64,000 nucleotides of DNA from Eledone cirrhosa (Eukaryota): contig OZ024759.1 of NCBI GenBank assembly GCA_964016885.1, forward strand, positions 35,836,001 to 35,900,000, read 5' to 3'. The position numbers were made by a program, and so were the translations under genes. The notes beneath the pieces were generated by a model. It was not told where the DNA came from. It worked only from the letters and a program-made list of their open reading frames with translations, and ran no database searches. Shown in pieces: positions 1 to 12,200 of the stretch. Numbering within the stretch: the first letter of the stretch is position 1; each line of letters begins with the position of its first letter.

Positions 1-468
1 CTGCTTATGAAGATGATACCTGCTTGTGAAGATGATACCTGCTTGTGAAGATGATACCTGCTTGTGAAGATGATACCTGCTTGTGAAGATGATACCTGCT
101 TGTGAAGATGATACCTGCTTGTGAAGATGATACCTGCTTGTGAAGATGACACCTGCTTGTGAAGATGACACCTGCTTGTGAAGATGACACCTGCTTGTGA
201 AGATGACCCTTTCTAGTGTAGTTGATCCTGGCCTGTGTAGCTGATCTCTGCTTGTGAAGATGACACCTGCTAGTGTAGTTGATCCTGGCCTGTGTAGCTG
301 ATCTCTGCTTGTGAAGATGACACCTGCTAGTGTAGTTGATCCTGGCCTGTGTAGCTGACTCCTGGCTAGTGTAGTTGATCCTGGCCTGTGTAGCTGATCT
401 CTCCTTGTGAAGATGACTCTTGGCTAGTGTAGTTGATCCCTGCTTGTGAAGATGACCCCTGCTTGTGC
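1..468. repeat. 19-bp minisatellite (CTGCTTGTGAAGATGA[T/C]AC) grading into a 57-bp (3x19) higher-order unit
   Basis: About 11 near-identical 19-mers to ~208, then repeated TAGTGTAGTTGATCCTGGCCTGTGTAGCTGATCTCTGCTTGTGAAGATGACACCTGC. Confidence 0.9.
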
Positions 469-1423
469 ATAAGTTTACATTTTGTCAGAGGCCAGAATCA
501 GTTGATTCAGGTTTATTTAAAACTCCGTTATACATATTTCACTGAGGACTATCAGTTATGATAGCCTGAGCTCTTCAGATGGCAAAATCTATAAAAACTT
601 GAAAACATTGAAGGTTTCTCAAAAACTTGGTCTGAAACTAACTGTTGAAACAGCAAGAGCTCATCCATCAGGCTCCAACTATTTCTAATATATATATATA
701 TTAGTTCCTCTGGACTGAGAGTTCTACTTACTACGGATATAACCTCCAGGTGTTTTACCACTATATATATATATATATATATATAGTAATAATAATAAAT
801 GTGAAGACTAAAATCCGAAGAGGGCTCGATAAGGATAAATATATATCAAATATATGTTTGTTTTAGAAGATCCTGTTATGGGTGAAAGCAGAAATTCTTT
901 GCTTAAACTTTAATCTGTTATTTTTATAAATATATATATATATATATATATATAACAAAGGAATTGTGGTAAGGAACCAAATGGACCATAACGCACCTGA
1001 GTACTCAATACTTAGGGTAGTAGAGTGGGAAATAGATGTGTGTGTGTGTGTGTACTAGGGCTCAATATGATCAAATAAATCCCTTAAAAGTGGGGCCCTA
1101 GCAGGGCCAGATAAGGTCAGACCTGAGCCTCTAGCTTATATTATAAAGGGTCGTCATTTTTTTTTTTTTTTTTCCTAAATGTGACATTAGGGTTAAGGGA
1201 AATATAGTAGTGTAGTATGAAACAATTGTAGAGTCCCCCCTGAAAATATAGGGGACAAAATAGGGGGGAGGGGGGATATCAATTATTCCATATGTTACTA
1301 GGCTAATCCAGTTGTTTATGAGATGCAAATATAAGCCAGCTTTTATAAGATCACTCACACGTGTGTGTATGTGTGTGTGTGTATATGTGTGTGTGTATGT
1401 ATATGTGTGTATGTGTATATATA

Positions 1424-1462
<39 letters not shown>

Positions 1463-2576
1463 TATTCTGGTCAATTGAGTAGAGAGGAATTAATACTACC
1501 ACTACTACTACAGTTACCACCAGCACAACTACTATTGCCACTACTACAACTAATAATAATAATACTACCATCATCATCATCAGCTGATGTATCCTGTAAT
1601 CCTCTGTATTAAGCCAAACACTCACAACACCCACTTCAGGACATCCTATAAATCAGGGAGACATCCACCCACATACATGTGTATACATACACACATATAC
1701 ATACATGTGTGAGTATACACACACACATATGCATACATGTGTATATATATCTACATACACATATATACATACATACATGTGTATATATATATATACATAC
1801 ACATATGCATATATACATACATACACATTTATTCGCATATATATATATATATATATCTACATATATATATATATACATATATATACACACTCACACACAG
1901 ATTGGCAGATATATACACACATATCTACACACGTATACGTACATGTATATATATATACACACACACACAAGTAGACATCAGTCAAAGCGGATTAATTGAT
2001 ATAAAAAAAACAAAAACCTCCCATAAAACATAAATCCAAGATACATATTTACTATCTTCTACTTTGTGACAAGAACAGTTTTTATGTTCTCATTAGAACG
2101 TGATTTTGTGAGACTGTCAGAATTATTGTCTGCTTAATATTGTAAGGAATTCTTGCACCAAAATATAACAAATTGAAAATGTGAGATGGAAATAACTACA
2201 TTGATGTATGTATCAATATAGATCTCTCCACCTCCTCTTCTTCGTGGCCCCATGGTCCTTGCTTTTTCCCCACCTTTTTCCTCACATTTATAGCATTTAT
2301 AGTCCTTTCCTCTACATTCATATACAGCCAGATCTGCCCTTCTTTACCCTTTCCCCCCTTTTTTCATTAATTTTGTTTTTATTTTTTTGTGGGGACATTT
2401 TTTACCAAACATACATTGTGGTACTTCCAAATAACCAAACCTATTTCTTATTTGTATCTAAAAGAGATATAGACAAGGAATCAATCTCAGTACTGAAGCT
2501 GCCCCAAACAGCATCAGCTCTATTCAGATCCTTATTTTTCTCATCCTGACCTCATTATCTGACCAGCAAGTGCCAC

Positions 2577-2990
2577 CATCATCATCATATTTACGTCCAT
2601 TTTTGCCCCACACTCACACAAGTTGGACAGGTCCTTTTCAGCACAGCATTTCTCTACAACTCTCGTTCCTTTGTCATCTCTTCTGTGAGTCTCAATGATT
2701 TGCGATCAGCTCTCACCACTTCAGTCTAGGTCTTCTTGGTCTACCTCCACTGCAGCTTCCTTCTACTGAGATTTCCTGACACTTCTTCACCCAGCAATCA
2801 CCATCAATGTGCATCACAGTCTCCTCTCCTACACACCACCTCAGATCCCTCCCAAACCTAGTTTCTCCTTCAGTTCATCCAACCTCTGCCTTTCTCTCAC
2901 ACTTACATTGCACATCCAATGAAGCAAGGTTGCTTCATTTCTCTCCAGCCCACACAGGACCTCTGCAGTCACTGCCCATATCATCATATG
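2577..2990 (-). mobile_element. Decayed 3' end of RTE-type LINE
   Basis: (CAT)n tail followed by TTTACGTCC...CAGCACAGCAT...CTCACCACTTCAG...CACTTCTTCACCCAGCA; colinear with the better-preserved copy at 41053-41290. Confidence 0.75.
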
Positions 2991-3139
2991 ATTAACTGTG
3001 CTCAATATATCAATAAATTATAACATTATAAGCACCTGTCACAGACGGGGATCAATGTTGTTTAGTCATATCTCCCTCTTAAACAGATCTGTGACTAATG
3101 TGATCAAGCCCTTGACCATACAATTTATATTTCAAATAT

Positions 3140-3295
3140 TTACGACTGTGGCTGAAAGGTTCATAGACTGGCAATGAAGGAGTGATGCTAGAGCTGTGAA
3201 ATCTTGCATGGTGTAGGTCAGAACAAATAAATTAGTCACTGAGGAGGTCACAGATTGTGTGCATGTGTTTTTATTGGCAGCATGACACTCCCAAA
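3140..3295 (+). mobile_element. Probable mariner-type terminal fragment
   Basis: Starts TA-CGACTGTGGCTGAAAGGTT, similar to the mariner-MITE terminus at 22208 (TA-CAGGGGGTGGCTGAAAAGTT). Confidence 0.4.
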
Positions 3296-3396
3296 GTATA
3301 ACTATATATATATAAGGTAAACAGAAATAACATCACAATCAGTACAGTATATGGAAGGGATATATTAGGTCAAAGCTTGATATAGCAGGAAGAGGG

Positions 3397-3432
3397 TCTT
3401 AACGTTTTGGACGCTAGTCCTTCATCAGAAGA
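3397..3432 (-). ncRNA. Minimal type-I hammerhead ribozyme motif, Penelope-like, core-mutated
   Basis: Minus strand: TCTT CTGATGA A GGAC-TAGC-GTCC AAAA CG TT AAGA. Stem I TCTT/AAGA, stem II GGAC/GTCC, palindromic stem III AACGTT; GAAA reads AAAA. Confidence 0.7.
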
Positions 3433-3913
3433 AAGAATGAGAAATAAGATAGATTGAGGGGATAGACATGTGGTTTTAATGTCTCGGGGAAAAAATACTG
3501 GACATATATATATATATATATAAGTATATCATCATCACCACTATCTAACATGCACAAATGATACACACACACACACACATAAATGTGTGTGTGTGTGTGT
3601 GTATATAAAGAAATACGAGGAAGTTTCATTTACATGTGTATATTTTTTGTTGGATTGCAAGTCTGAAGAGCAAATCAATAATGGAGTCAGGTGTATTATT
3701 TCTATGGTGACCCTGAGACAATTCTCTGCAAAAAAAAAAACTAAATATATGTAAACGAAACATCTTTTTTCTTAACATACACTACCTCTGCATTGACCGT
3801 TTGCTTTGGTACCACCCCCAGTAATTCACAACACCAACCTTCAGCACTGGGCATATCAAAAAATCGAAATAACAGAAGCTTTATTCTATCATTGTTTTTC
3901 TGTTTAAATTTTA

Positions 3914-3972
3914 GCTGCCTGATGAGGTCATAGTTGTTGCATAATGGTTATCACCGAAATATATATAACAGC
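3914..3972 (+). ncRNA. Minimal type-I hammerhead ribozyme motif (Penelope/retrozyme-like), core intact
   Basis: GCTG c CTGATGA GGTcATAGTTGTT-gcat-AATGGTTATcACC GAAA TATATA TA a CAGC. Stem I GCTG/CAGC, long stem II, palindromic stem III, UA cleavage site. Confidence 0.7.
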
Positions 3973-4020
3973 AACTATGAATAAGCAAAGTTAATTTTAA
4001 CCTGTTGACTTACACTTCTT

Positions 4021-4060
<40 letters not shown>

Positions 4061-4564
4061 GGGGGGGGGGGGGGGCTGAATGCTGATACATCAAAAAACA
4101 ATGGAGTAGACATGAGAAATAATAGGATAGGTTGGCAGGAACTACAGACTCAGACATCCAAACACAACCATATATATATATATATGTATGTGTGTGTATG
4201 TATGTACATGTATATATACACACACACAGCTATACATTTATATATATAAATGTATGTATGTATATATAGACACATCATCATTCATCATCATCATCATCAT
4301 ACATCCGCTTTTCCCTGCTTGCAATACATACACACACACATACCTACACATATATATGTATATATACACACACACACACCTGCACATATATATGCATATA
4401 TACACACACATACCTACACATATACATGTATATATACATACACACCTACACATGTATATACACACACACACCTACACATGTATATATATACACACACATA
4501 CCTACACATATATATGTATATATACACACGTATATAGTCCTACCCATAGCATGGAAGATAGACA

Positions 4565-4778
4565 TTAACCCACTAGCATTTAAACCGGCCATATCCGGCC
4601 AATATTCTCAACTCTTTCTGTTCAAACTGGCTGTAACTAACCACTCATACTGATGTTAATGTGCTGTTCTCAAAATAAATAATATCAAAATCTCATAGAT
4701 TCGATATTATGTGAGGTAAAGTCTTTACCATGAAAATACAATAGTATATATAGAGTAATGTGAATGGTAAAGGGTTAA
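4565..4778 (+). mobile_element. piggyBac-like MITE (~210 bp) with TTAA TSD
   Basis: TTAA-CCC...GGG-TTAA ends; homologous copies at 7638-7919 and 60151-60374; empty-site homolog at 5260-5302. Confidence 0.85.
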
Positions 4779-5039
4779 ACGACGATGATGATTATATATA
4801 TATATATATATCATTCATTGGTTATCATTTATTTTGTTTTGACCTGTTTAGCTTGATTAGGTTTTTGGTTTGGGTGGTTGATGCCTTCTTGACCACCTTT
4901 TCGGTTTTGTATGGCTTCTTAACACATTGTTTAGCTCTGGTTTTTAACTATTGAGCACTTTGCCAGTATCATTTCTGATTTTTGCGTTTCGCTTCGCTTT
5001 TCCTGCATGCCGAAATGCGATTCTCGCTGAATCTTTATT

Positions 5040-5082
<43 letters not shown>

Positions 5083-5113
5083 AATGGTGTGCTGCGTTGT
5101 TGCAAATGGGATA

Positions 5114-5240
5114 CATACGAATAAAATTAGAACGAGAAGACAGGGCGTCCATCATCAGTGATCTTCCAGCTGTCATTGGTATTTCTTAAGAAATCACTGA
5201 TGACGGACGCCCCGTCTTCTTGCTTTAATGTTATTCATAT
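5114..5240. mobile_element. Hairpin/MITE-like element next to (TA)n
   Basis: Arms GAATAAAATTAGAACGAGAAGACAGGGCGTCCATCATCAGTGAT / ATCACTGATGACGGACGCCCCGTCTTCTTGCTTTAATGTTATTC. Confidence 0.7.
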
Positions 5241-5331
5241 ATATATATATATATATAAACCCATGCTAGCATGGAAGATATATGTTAAACGATGATGATG
5301 ATTATATATATATATATATATATATACATAC

Positions 5332-5616
5332 ACATATAACCAAATGAAATAATTCGACCATTGAGTAAAACACTACTATATGCTGCCTCTGATTCTTGTA
5401 ACATATTATATGAGATGTACCAGTAATTTGAATGGCCAGCTTTGTCACATTCTGTGTCACGCTGAATCTCCCTGAGAACTACATTAAGGGTATGCATGTC
5501 CATGGAATGCTCAGCCACTTGTACGTTAATTTCACAAGCAGGCTGTTTCCGTTGATTCCAACTGGAACACTCATCGCCATAACCGACGGAGTGCCCATCA
5601 GTCGAATGGTACAGAA
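5332..5616 (-). CDS. Probable internal coding exon of an unidentified protein (~92-95 aa)
   Basis: Non-repetitive stop-free frame (VLYHSTDGHSVGYGDECSSWNQRKQPACEINVQ...LLNGRIISFG). Acceptor ATTTTTACAG at 5617; donor GTATGT at 5331 or GTTATA at 5340; both give a phase 1-1 exon. Confidence 0.55.
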
Positions 5617-5724
5617 CTGTAAAAATAATTATATGATGAAGATACATGACTCTTGTATCAACCCTAAACTCTTCTTCCCACCATGTTGGTGAGACACTTG
5701 CTTGAAACATATCCAAATTAGCCA

Positions 5725-6285
5725 CTATTACCACCTACCACCACCACCACCACAGACACTAAATACTACTACTAAAAACCACCATCACCTACCGCCACCA
5801 CCATCACCACCACTACCACCACCACCACAACTGCCACCAACACTACCAGCAACACCACCAGAACCACCACCACCTACTACCACCACCAACACTACCACCT
5901 ACTACCACCACCACATACTACCACCACCACCAACACTACCACCACCACTACCACCAACACTACCACCACCACTACCACCACCACATACTATCACCACCAC
6001 CAACACTAACACCACCACAACCAACACTACCACCACCACCTACTACCACCAACACTCACCACCACAACCACCACCAACACTACCACCACCACCACCTACC
6101 ACCACCACATACTATCACCACCACCAACACTACCACAACCACTACCACCACCACAACCACCACCACCTACTACCACCACCACAAACACTACCACCACCAC
6201 AACCACCACCACCACCTACTACCACCACCACAACCAACACCACTACCACCACCACAACCACCACCACCTACTATCACCACCACAA
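5725..6285. repeat. Degenerate (CCA/CTA)n low-complexity tract
   Basis: Direct reading; the poly-P/T/H ORF is a by-product. Confidence 0.9.
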
Positions 6286-6446
6286 TATCTGGGATATCGC
6301 CAAACCCATCTCATCTGACATCTGTCTAACCACTTCCAAAATATTCATCATTGCCGGCTGACTGCTACTGCTGCTGCTGCTACTACTACTGCTGCTACTA
6401 CTACTGCTGCAGAAATTATCCAAATATAAAGATCTAGATATATATA

Positions 6447-6612
6447 GAGGTGTGTGTCCTAGTGGTTAGGGTGTTGCACTTAGGATCACAATGTTGTGGG
6501 TTCCATTCCTGGGTTGTGTTGTGTTCTTGAGCAAGACACTTCATTTCAGATTGTTCCAGTATACTCAGCTGTAAATGAGTACCAGCAATAGCTGGGGGTT
6601 TAACCTTGTGAT
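6447..6612 (+). mobile_element. tRNA-head SINE with CORE-like central domain
   Basis: A box TCCTAGTGG, B box GGTTCCATTCC, then GTGTTCTTGAGCAAGACACTT...CTCAGCTGTAAATGAGTACC; second copy at 36367-36498. Confidence 0.75.
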
Positions 6613-6619
6613 AAATTGA

Positions 6620-6973
6620 CCCTAGTACATTACTGGTACTTTATTCTATCAACCCCTGTAAGGATGAAAGGCAAAGCTAACCTCGGTGGGATTTGAACTC
6701 AGATCATAAAGGGTCATAACTAAATACTGCAAAGCATTTTGTCCAATGCTCTACCGATTCTGCCAATCCACTGCCCTAATAATAATTGCTTCTACTTTTG
6801 GCACAAGGCCAGCTGTTACCCCAGCGCATTACTGGTACTTTATTTTATCGACCCCGTAAGGATGAAAGGCAAAGGTAACCTCGACGGGATTTGAACTCAG
6901 AGCGTAAAGGGACGTAACTATGCTGGAAAGCATGGCATCCGACCCTCTACCGATACTGCCAATCCACCGCCCT
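6620..6973 (-). mobile_element. Two copies of the dominant tRNA-head SINE (central domain resembles Meta/MESC)
   Basis: Reverse complement of GGCGGTGGATTGGCAGTATCGG...GAGTTCAAATCCC...GCCTTTCATCCTTACGGGGTCGATAAAATAAAGTACCAG...GGCCTTGTGCC; many copies in the window. Confidence 0.85.
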
Positions 6974-7239
6974 CACCTCCCTAATAATAACAAAAGTAGC
7001 TTATGACACGTGACATGTATGACATGTGACAACGTATGTCATGTGACCTGTATGTCATTATGGACAGACAGAAATATGTGAGAACCTCCTGTCCGAGGCA
7101 GGCTGCGGAGATTTGCAATTTTCTTGTCATAATTTCTGACGTCAATAGTAGTTGTTTGTAAGGTTTATTATAAACATCTGTAGTGTTCGGTAAAGTTGAG
7201 ATACATCCTGTCTGTATTACAATACAATACAATGGCTTT

Positions 7240-7620
7240 CATATCATGGGATAAAGATAAGACGTTTATGATATGTTAAAACCCAGCAATTATATTAACC
7301 TGCTTATTAAGTTCTAAATCTAATTTGGTGCAATAAATCTTTGGCTAGGAAATGACTTAATATTCTTATGATGGTCTTCTAAAATCTAATTTCACGTAAT
7401 AAATTTTGAACTTGGAAATGACTATTTTAACATGATTTATGGCCTTCTAAATTTAATTTTGTGTAGTAAGTTTTTGGCTTGGAAATGACTATTTTAACAG
7501 GCAGGTGATAGTCTTCTAAATCTAATTTTTACAGTAAAATTTGGGCTTGGAAATTATTTTAACAGGCTTATTAGGTTCTTCTCAATCTAATTCTGTGGAA
7601 TATATTTTTGGCTTGGAACT
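7240..7620. repeat. Old diverged ~62-bp tandem repeat (~6 copies)
   Basis: Recurring TTCTAAATCTAATTT...TTTGGCTTGGAAATGAC at ~62-bp spacing. Confidence 0.75.
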
Positions 7621-7637
7621 GTAACTTTAGTCCTTTA

Positions 7638-7919
7638 TTAACCCTTTAACATTTACATTATATATACTATTGTATTTTTGTGGTAAAGGTTTTACCTCAC
7701 ATAATATCTCATAACATTTACATTACTCTATATATACTATTGTATTTTTGTGGTAATTACATAATTATCTCATATGATATCGAATCTATGACATTTTAAA
7801 GTCATTTATTTTGAGAATAATACCTTAATGTCAGTATGAGTCACCAATTATGGCCTGTTTGAACAGAAAGAGGTGAGAATTCTGACCGGATATGGCTGGT
7901 TTAAATGCTAAAGGGTTAA
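7638..7919 (-). mobile_element. piggyBac-like MITE with internal duplication
   Basis: TTAACCC...GGGTTAA; reverse copy of 4565-4778 with the ACATTTACATTA...TTGTGGTAA segment duplicated. Confidence 0.85.
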
Positions 7920-8889
7920 GGAGCTCTAATTTTTTTTTCACAAAAAAAAACAAGAATTAGTGTGTCGGTAAAATAAAGTACCAGTAATACACTGGGATAA
8001 TTGCTGGCCTTGTGCCAAAGGTAGAAACAATCATTATAGTAAACGGATCAATGAAAAAAAAAAAATTTTGCAAATTCTGAATTTGTTTCATTCAAAACAT
8101 AAAAAAATTCAAAGATCAAGGTCTCTTTTCCCAAAACAAAAAAAAAGCAACAACACATAAAATGTTGGTTGGGGGGACGGGAGAAGGGGTGGGAGAAGGG
8201 GTTTCTAACATTTCTCTGATATTTTATTTCTTTTCACATTTTCAAATTAGCTTTTAATCTTGTATGTTTCTAGTGTTTTAAGCAATAAAAGTATCATGAT
8301 TTGTAAGTATTTAGAATTTACGAGAGAGAGAGGGTTGTAATATGAACAGTGTAGGGCTAATCTGAAATCGAGGAAGAAGGGGTTGAGGGTTTGGTTACCC
8401 CCAGGTGGGTAATATAAAAGTGATTCCAGATTACTAGGGAGTTAACATGAAATGAAGGGGGTGGATGTGTAGGGTGGGGGTGGTGACAAGTAGCTTGTCT
8501 TTACATTGGTGTATCTTTCATGGGATGTAAACATTGTTTAAATAAAATATATATATATAATATATATATAATATATATATCTAATATATATATTTTTAAA
8601 TGGTGCTTTTCAAAGGAATTCCTTTGCCAGACTGAATGTCAGAAATCCATGCCATGCCTTGCTTTGCCATGGGTCCCTAATTCCTGATGGAACTGTAGGG
8701 AAGCCATCATAACATATGGCATGTCTTCAGTATTTTAATTTTAAACCTGGCAGAGGTTATTCCTCTCCAGGTCTGAACAGAGCTGATTTCCTCCAGAGAA
8801 AGACTGGTGCAGAGAGGGGGGGGGGGCTAGAATGTGTGTGTCTATATGCTTGTGTGCATTTGTATGAATGTGTTTGTACGTATGTTATG

Positions 8890-9953
8890 TGTATATGTTA
8901 TGTGTGTCTGTAGGTGTGCTCATACATGTGTGCCTCTATATATGTGCCTCTGTAGGTGTCTATATGTATGTATGTGTCTATATGTGTGCCTCTGTAGGTG
9001 TGCCTATATGTATGTGTGTGTCTATATGTGTGCCTCTGTAGGTGTGCCTATATGTATGTGTGTGTCTATATGTGTGCCTCTGTAGGTGTGTCTATATGTA
9101 TGTGCCTCTGTAGGTGTGTCTATATGTATGTATGTGTGTGCCTCTGTATGTGTGTCTGTAGGTGTGTCTATATGTGTGTGTCTCTATGTGTCTGTATGTA
9201 TGTGTCTATATGTGTGTCTATATGTATGTGTCTATATGTGTGCCTCTGTGTGTCTATATGTATGTATGTATGTGTGTCTATATGTGTGTGTCTCTATATG
9301 TGTCTATATGTGTGCCTCTGTAGGTGTGTCTATATGTATGTGTGTCTATATGTGTGTCTATATGTATGTTTCTATATGTATGTATGTGTCTATGTGTGTC
9401 TATATGTATGTATGTGTGTGCTTCTGTATGTATGTGCCTCTGTATGTGTGTCTATATGTATGCATGTGTGTGCCTCTATGTGTGTGTCTATATGTATGTA
9501 TGTATGTGTGTGCCTCTGTATGTGTGTCTCTATATGTGTTTATATGTGTGCCTCTGTAGGTGTGTCTATATGTATGTATGTGTCTATGTGTGTGTCTATA
9601 TGTATGTGTCTATATGTGTGCCTCTGTAGGTGTGTCTATATGTATGTATGTGTATGTGTGTGTGTCTATATGTATGTGTCTATATGTGTGCCTCTGTAGG
9701 TGTGTCTATATGTATGTATGTGTCTATGTGTGTATGTGTCTATATGTATGTGTCTATATGTGTGCCTCTGTAGGTGTGTCTATATGTATGTATGTGTCTA
9801 TGTGTGTGTGTCTATATGTATGTGTCTATATGTGTGCCTCTGTAGGTGTGTCTATATGTATGTATGTCTATGTGTGTGTGTCTATATGTATGTGTCTATA
9901 TGTGTGCCTCTGTAGGTGTGTCTATATGTATGTATGTATGTATGTCTATGTGT
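8890..9953. repeat. Compound (TG/TA) minisatellite with GCCTCTGTAGG anchor
   Basis: Repeated TATATGTGTGCCTCTGTAGGTGTGTC. Confidence 0.9.
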
Positions 9954-10693
9954 AAGAGGAGTCCACTGTTGCTATATTAATTGGTATATAAGGGAGGAGG
10001 AAAAGGTGAAGATAGACTCAACCTATTGTCAACTGTTGGTAGGAGGGTCTGAAGGAGTGTCACTGCAATAATTTATGCTAATTTATGATAATTTATGCTA
10101 ATTTATGATAATCTATGATAATGTATGAAGCTTTCAGTAGCTTGTTTTCATTGCATGTTAGATAAATGACATTTCAATGTAATACAATGGAAGGGGTTGT
10201 TAGAAAGGTGTGTGGTGGGTGGTAGGTGGGGTTGGTGGTGGTGGGGTAGGGTGTGGAGGGGGTGGGATGTGAGGGGGGGGGGGGGGGGGGGGGTGATAGG
10301 GTTGAGGGGTTGGTGGTGGTAGTGATGGGGTGTGGGGGGTTGGTGGTGGTTGGTGGTGGTGGTGGTGGTGAGGGTGAGGTGTGAGGGGTCGGTGGGGGTG
10401 TGATAAGATTGAGGGGGTTGGTGGTGGTAGTGATGGGGTGTGAGAGGTAGGTGGTGGTTGTGAAGGGTTGATGGTGATTGTGGTGGTAGAGTGGTGTTGA
10501 TGGCCGGGGGGGGGGGGGGGGGGTTGATGGTGATTGTGGTGATGGTGTGGCGTTGATGAGGGTGAAGTGAGGTGCTGGTGGTTGTTGTTGGTGGTGTTGG
10601 TGTTATTGTTATTGTTGTTGTGGTGGTGGTGGCAGTGTGATGTAGATATTAATTGTGTGGTGTGTGTTGTAACAATTACAACATGATGTAACT

Positions 10694-10907
10694 GGGCCCC
10701 CTACCATTAAAACACCTGAGAAACCTCAAATGAGATGTAACCTGATAGAAAGTCAGTTAAACCAGAGGTGCGAGCCGTAAATTTCATTTTTCATTTTACC
10801 TGCATAAAAAAAATGAAATTTACAGCTCACACCTCTGCAGGTTTAGCTGGCCTCCTCCATGGTTGCATCTGTCAGGGGTGGGGTTCTGAGTGTTTTATGA
10901 CAAGGGC
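10694..10907. mobile_element. Fold-back MITE-like element (~95-bp arms)
   Basis: TAAAACACC...AGAGGTGCGAGCCGTAAATTTCATTTTT versus AAAAATGAAATTTACAGCTCACACCTCT...GTGTTTTA; solo arms at ~25600-25670 and ~36296-36355. Confidence 0.75.
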
Positions 10908-10919
10908 CAAAAATCCTAT

Positions 10920-11210
10920 CAATTTTTAAAGAATCCACTCATTTCTGAGAGGGTCATGGGGCCAGGGACCTCAAACACTCCCTTCCAGTGGGTCCTGTCA
11001 GAAGCAACCGTCTCCAATTGATCCAGCTGGATCCCCAAGCAAGACCAGCCAAGCTCATGTATGTTATCCAACCATCTTGCTTGGGGTGGGTCTACCCCTG
11101 GGTCTCCTGCCAGTTGGTTTTGCCCATAAAATCTGTCCAGAGATTCTTTCCTGAGACATTCTAACCACATGTCCTCCATAGTATCAGAGCTGTGATCTCT
11201 GAAATTTACA
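10920..11210 (-). mobile_element. Decayed 3' end of a second RTE-like LINE family
   Basis: Frameshifted L.YYGHVVRM and WLDNI...LETVASDRTHWK motifs; homologous pieces at ~15525-15570 (+) and ~17965-18085 (+). Confidence 0.65.
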
Positions 11211-11296
11211 TACAATATAATGAATGCTCCCTGCATGAATTACATTAAAACTAACATGTCCGAATGTGTGCGTGTGAATGTGTCTATGTCTGTGTG

Positions 11297-11332
<36 letters not shown>

Positions 11333-11589
11333 TGTGTGTGTGTGTGTGGGTGTGTGTGTGTGTGTGTACATGTGTGTGTGTGTGTGTGTGTACATGTGTG
11401 TGTGTGTATGTGTACATGTGTGTGTCCGTATGTCTGTGTGTACTTGTGTCTATGTTTTTGCATCTGTCTATTAGTCTATGGGTATATGTATGTGCGTGTG
11501 TGCATCTGTGTATATCGGTCTGTATGTACATATGTGTATGTATGTATCTGTCTATGTGTGTGTGTGTGTGTGTGCATGTAGTTTATTAG

Positions 11590-12200
11590 TCTGTGTGTGT
11601 GTCTATCCATCTATATGTGTGTGTGTGTCTATCCATCTATATGTGTGTGTGTGTCTATCCATCTATATGTGTGTGTGTGTCTATCAGTCTATATGTGTGT
11701 CTGTGTCTATCAGTCTATATGTGTGTCTGTGTCTATCAGTCTATATGTGTGTCTGTGTCTATCAGTCTATATGTGTGTCTGTGTCTATCAGTCTATATGT
11801 GTGTGTGTCTATCAGTCTATATGTGTGTCTGTGTCTATCAGTCTATATGTGTGTCTGTGTCTATCAGTCTATATGTGTGTCTGTGTCTATCAGTCTATAT
11901 GTGTGTCTGTGTCTATCAGTCTATATGTGTGTCTGTGTCTATCAGTCTATATGTGTGTCTGTGTCTATCAGTCTATATGTGTGTCTGTGTCTATCAGTCT
12001 ATATGTGTGTCTGTGTCTATCAGTCTATATGTGTGTCTGTGTCTATCAGTCTATATGTGTGTCTGTGTCTATCAGTCTATATGTGTGTCTGTGTCTATCC
12101 ATCTATATGTGTGTCTGTGTCTATCTATCAGCCTGTGTGTATGTGTGTCTGTGTCTACCAGTCTATATGTGTGTATATGTGTCTATCAGTCTATATGTGT
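11590..12200. repeat. 22-bp minisatellite (GTGTCTATCAGTCTATATGTGT)
   Basis: About 26 near-identical units. Confidence 0.92.

Noticed and set aside
521-688. Short open frame ending ...ARAHPSGSNYF*
   Set aside because: Preceded by an in-frame stop, with no clear acceptor and no recognisable similarity.
790-925. Hammerhead-like CCGAAGA...GAAAGC in a dispersed repeat (reverse copy at ~23915-24000)
   Set aside because: Core is altered in both copies and stem II cannot be formed convincingly.
10200-10640. G-rich tract as a regulatory G-quadruplex
   Set aside because: G4 potential is real, but such tracts are common in this window and there is no functional context.
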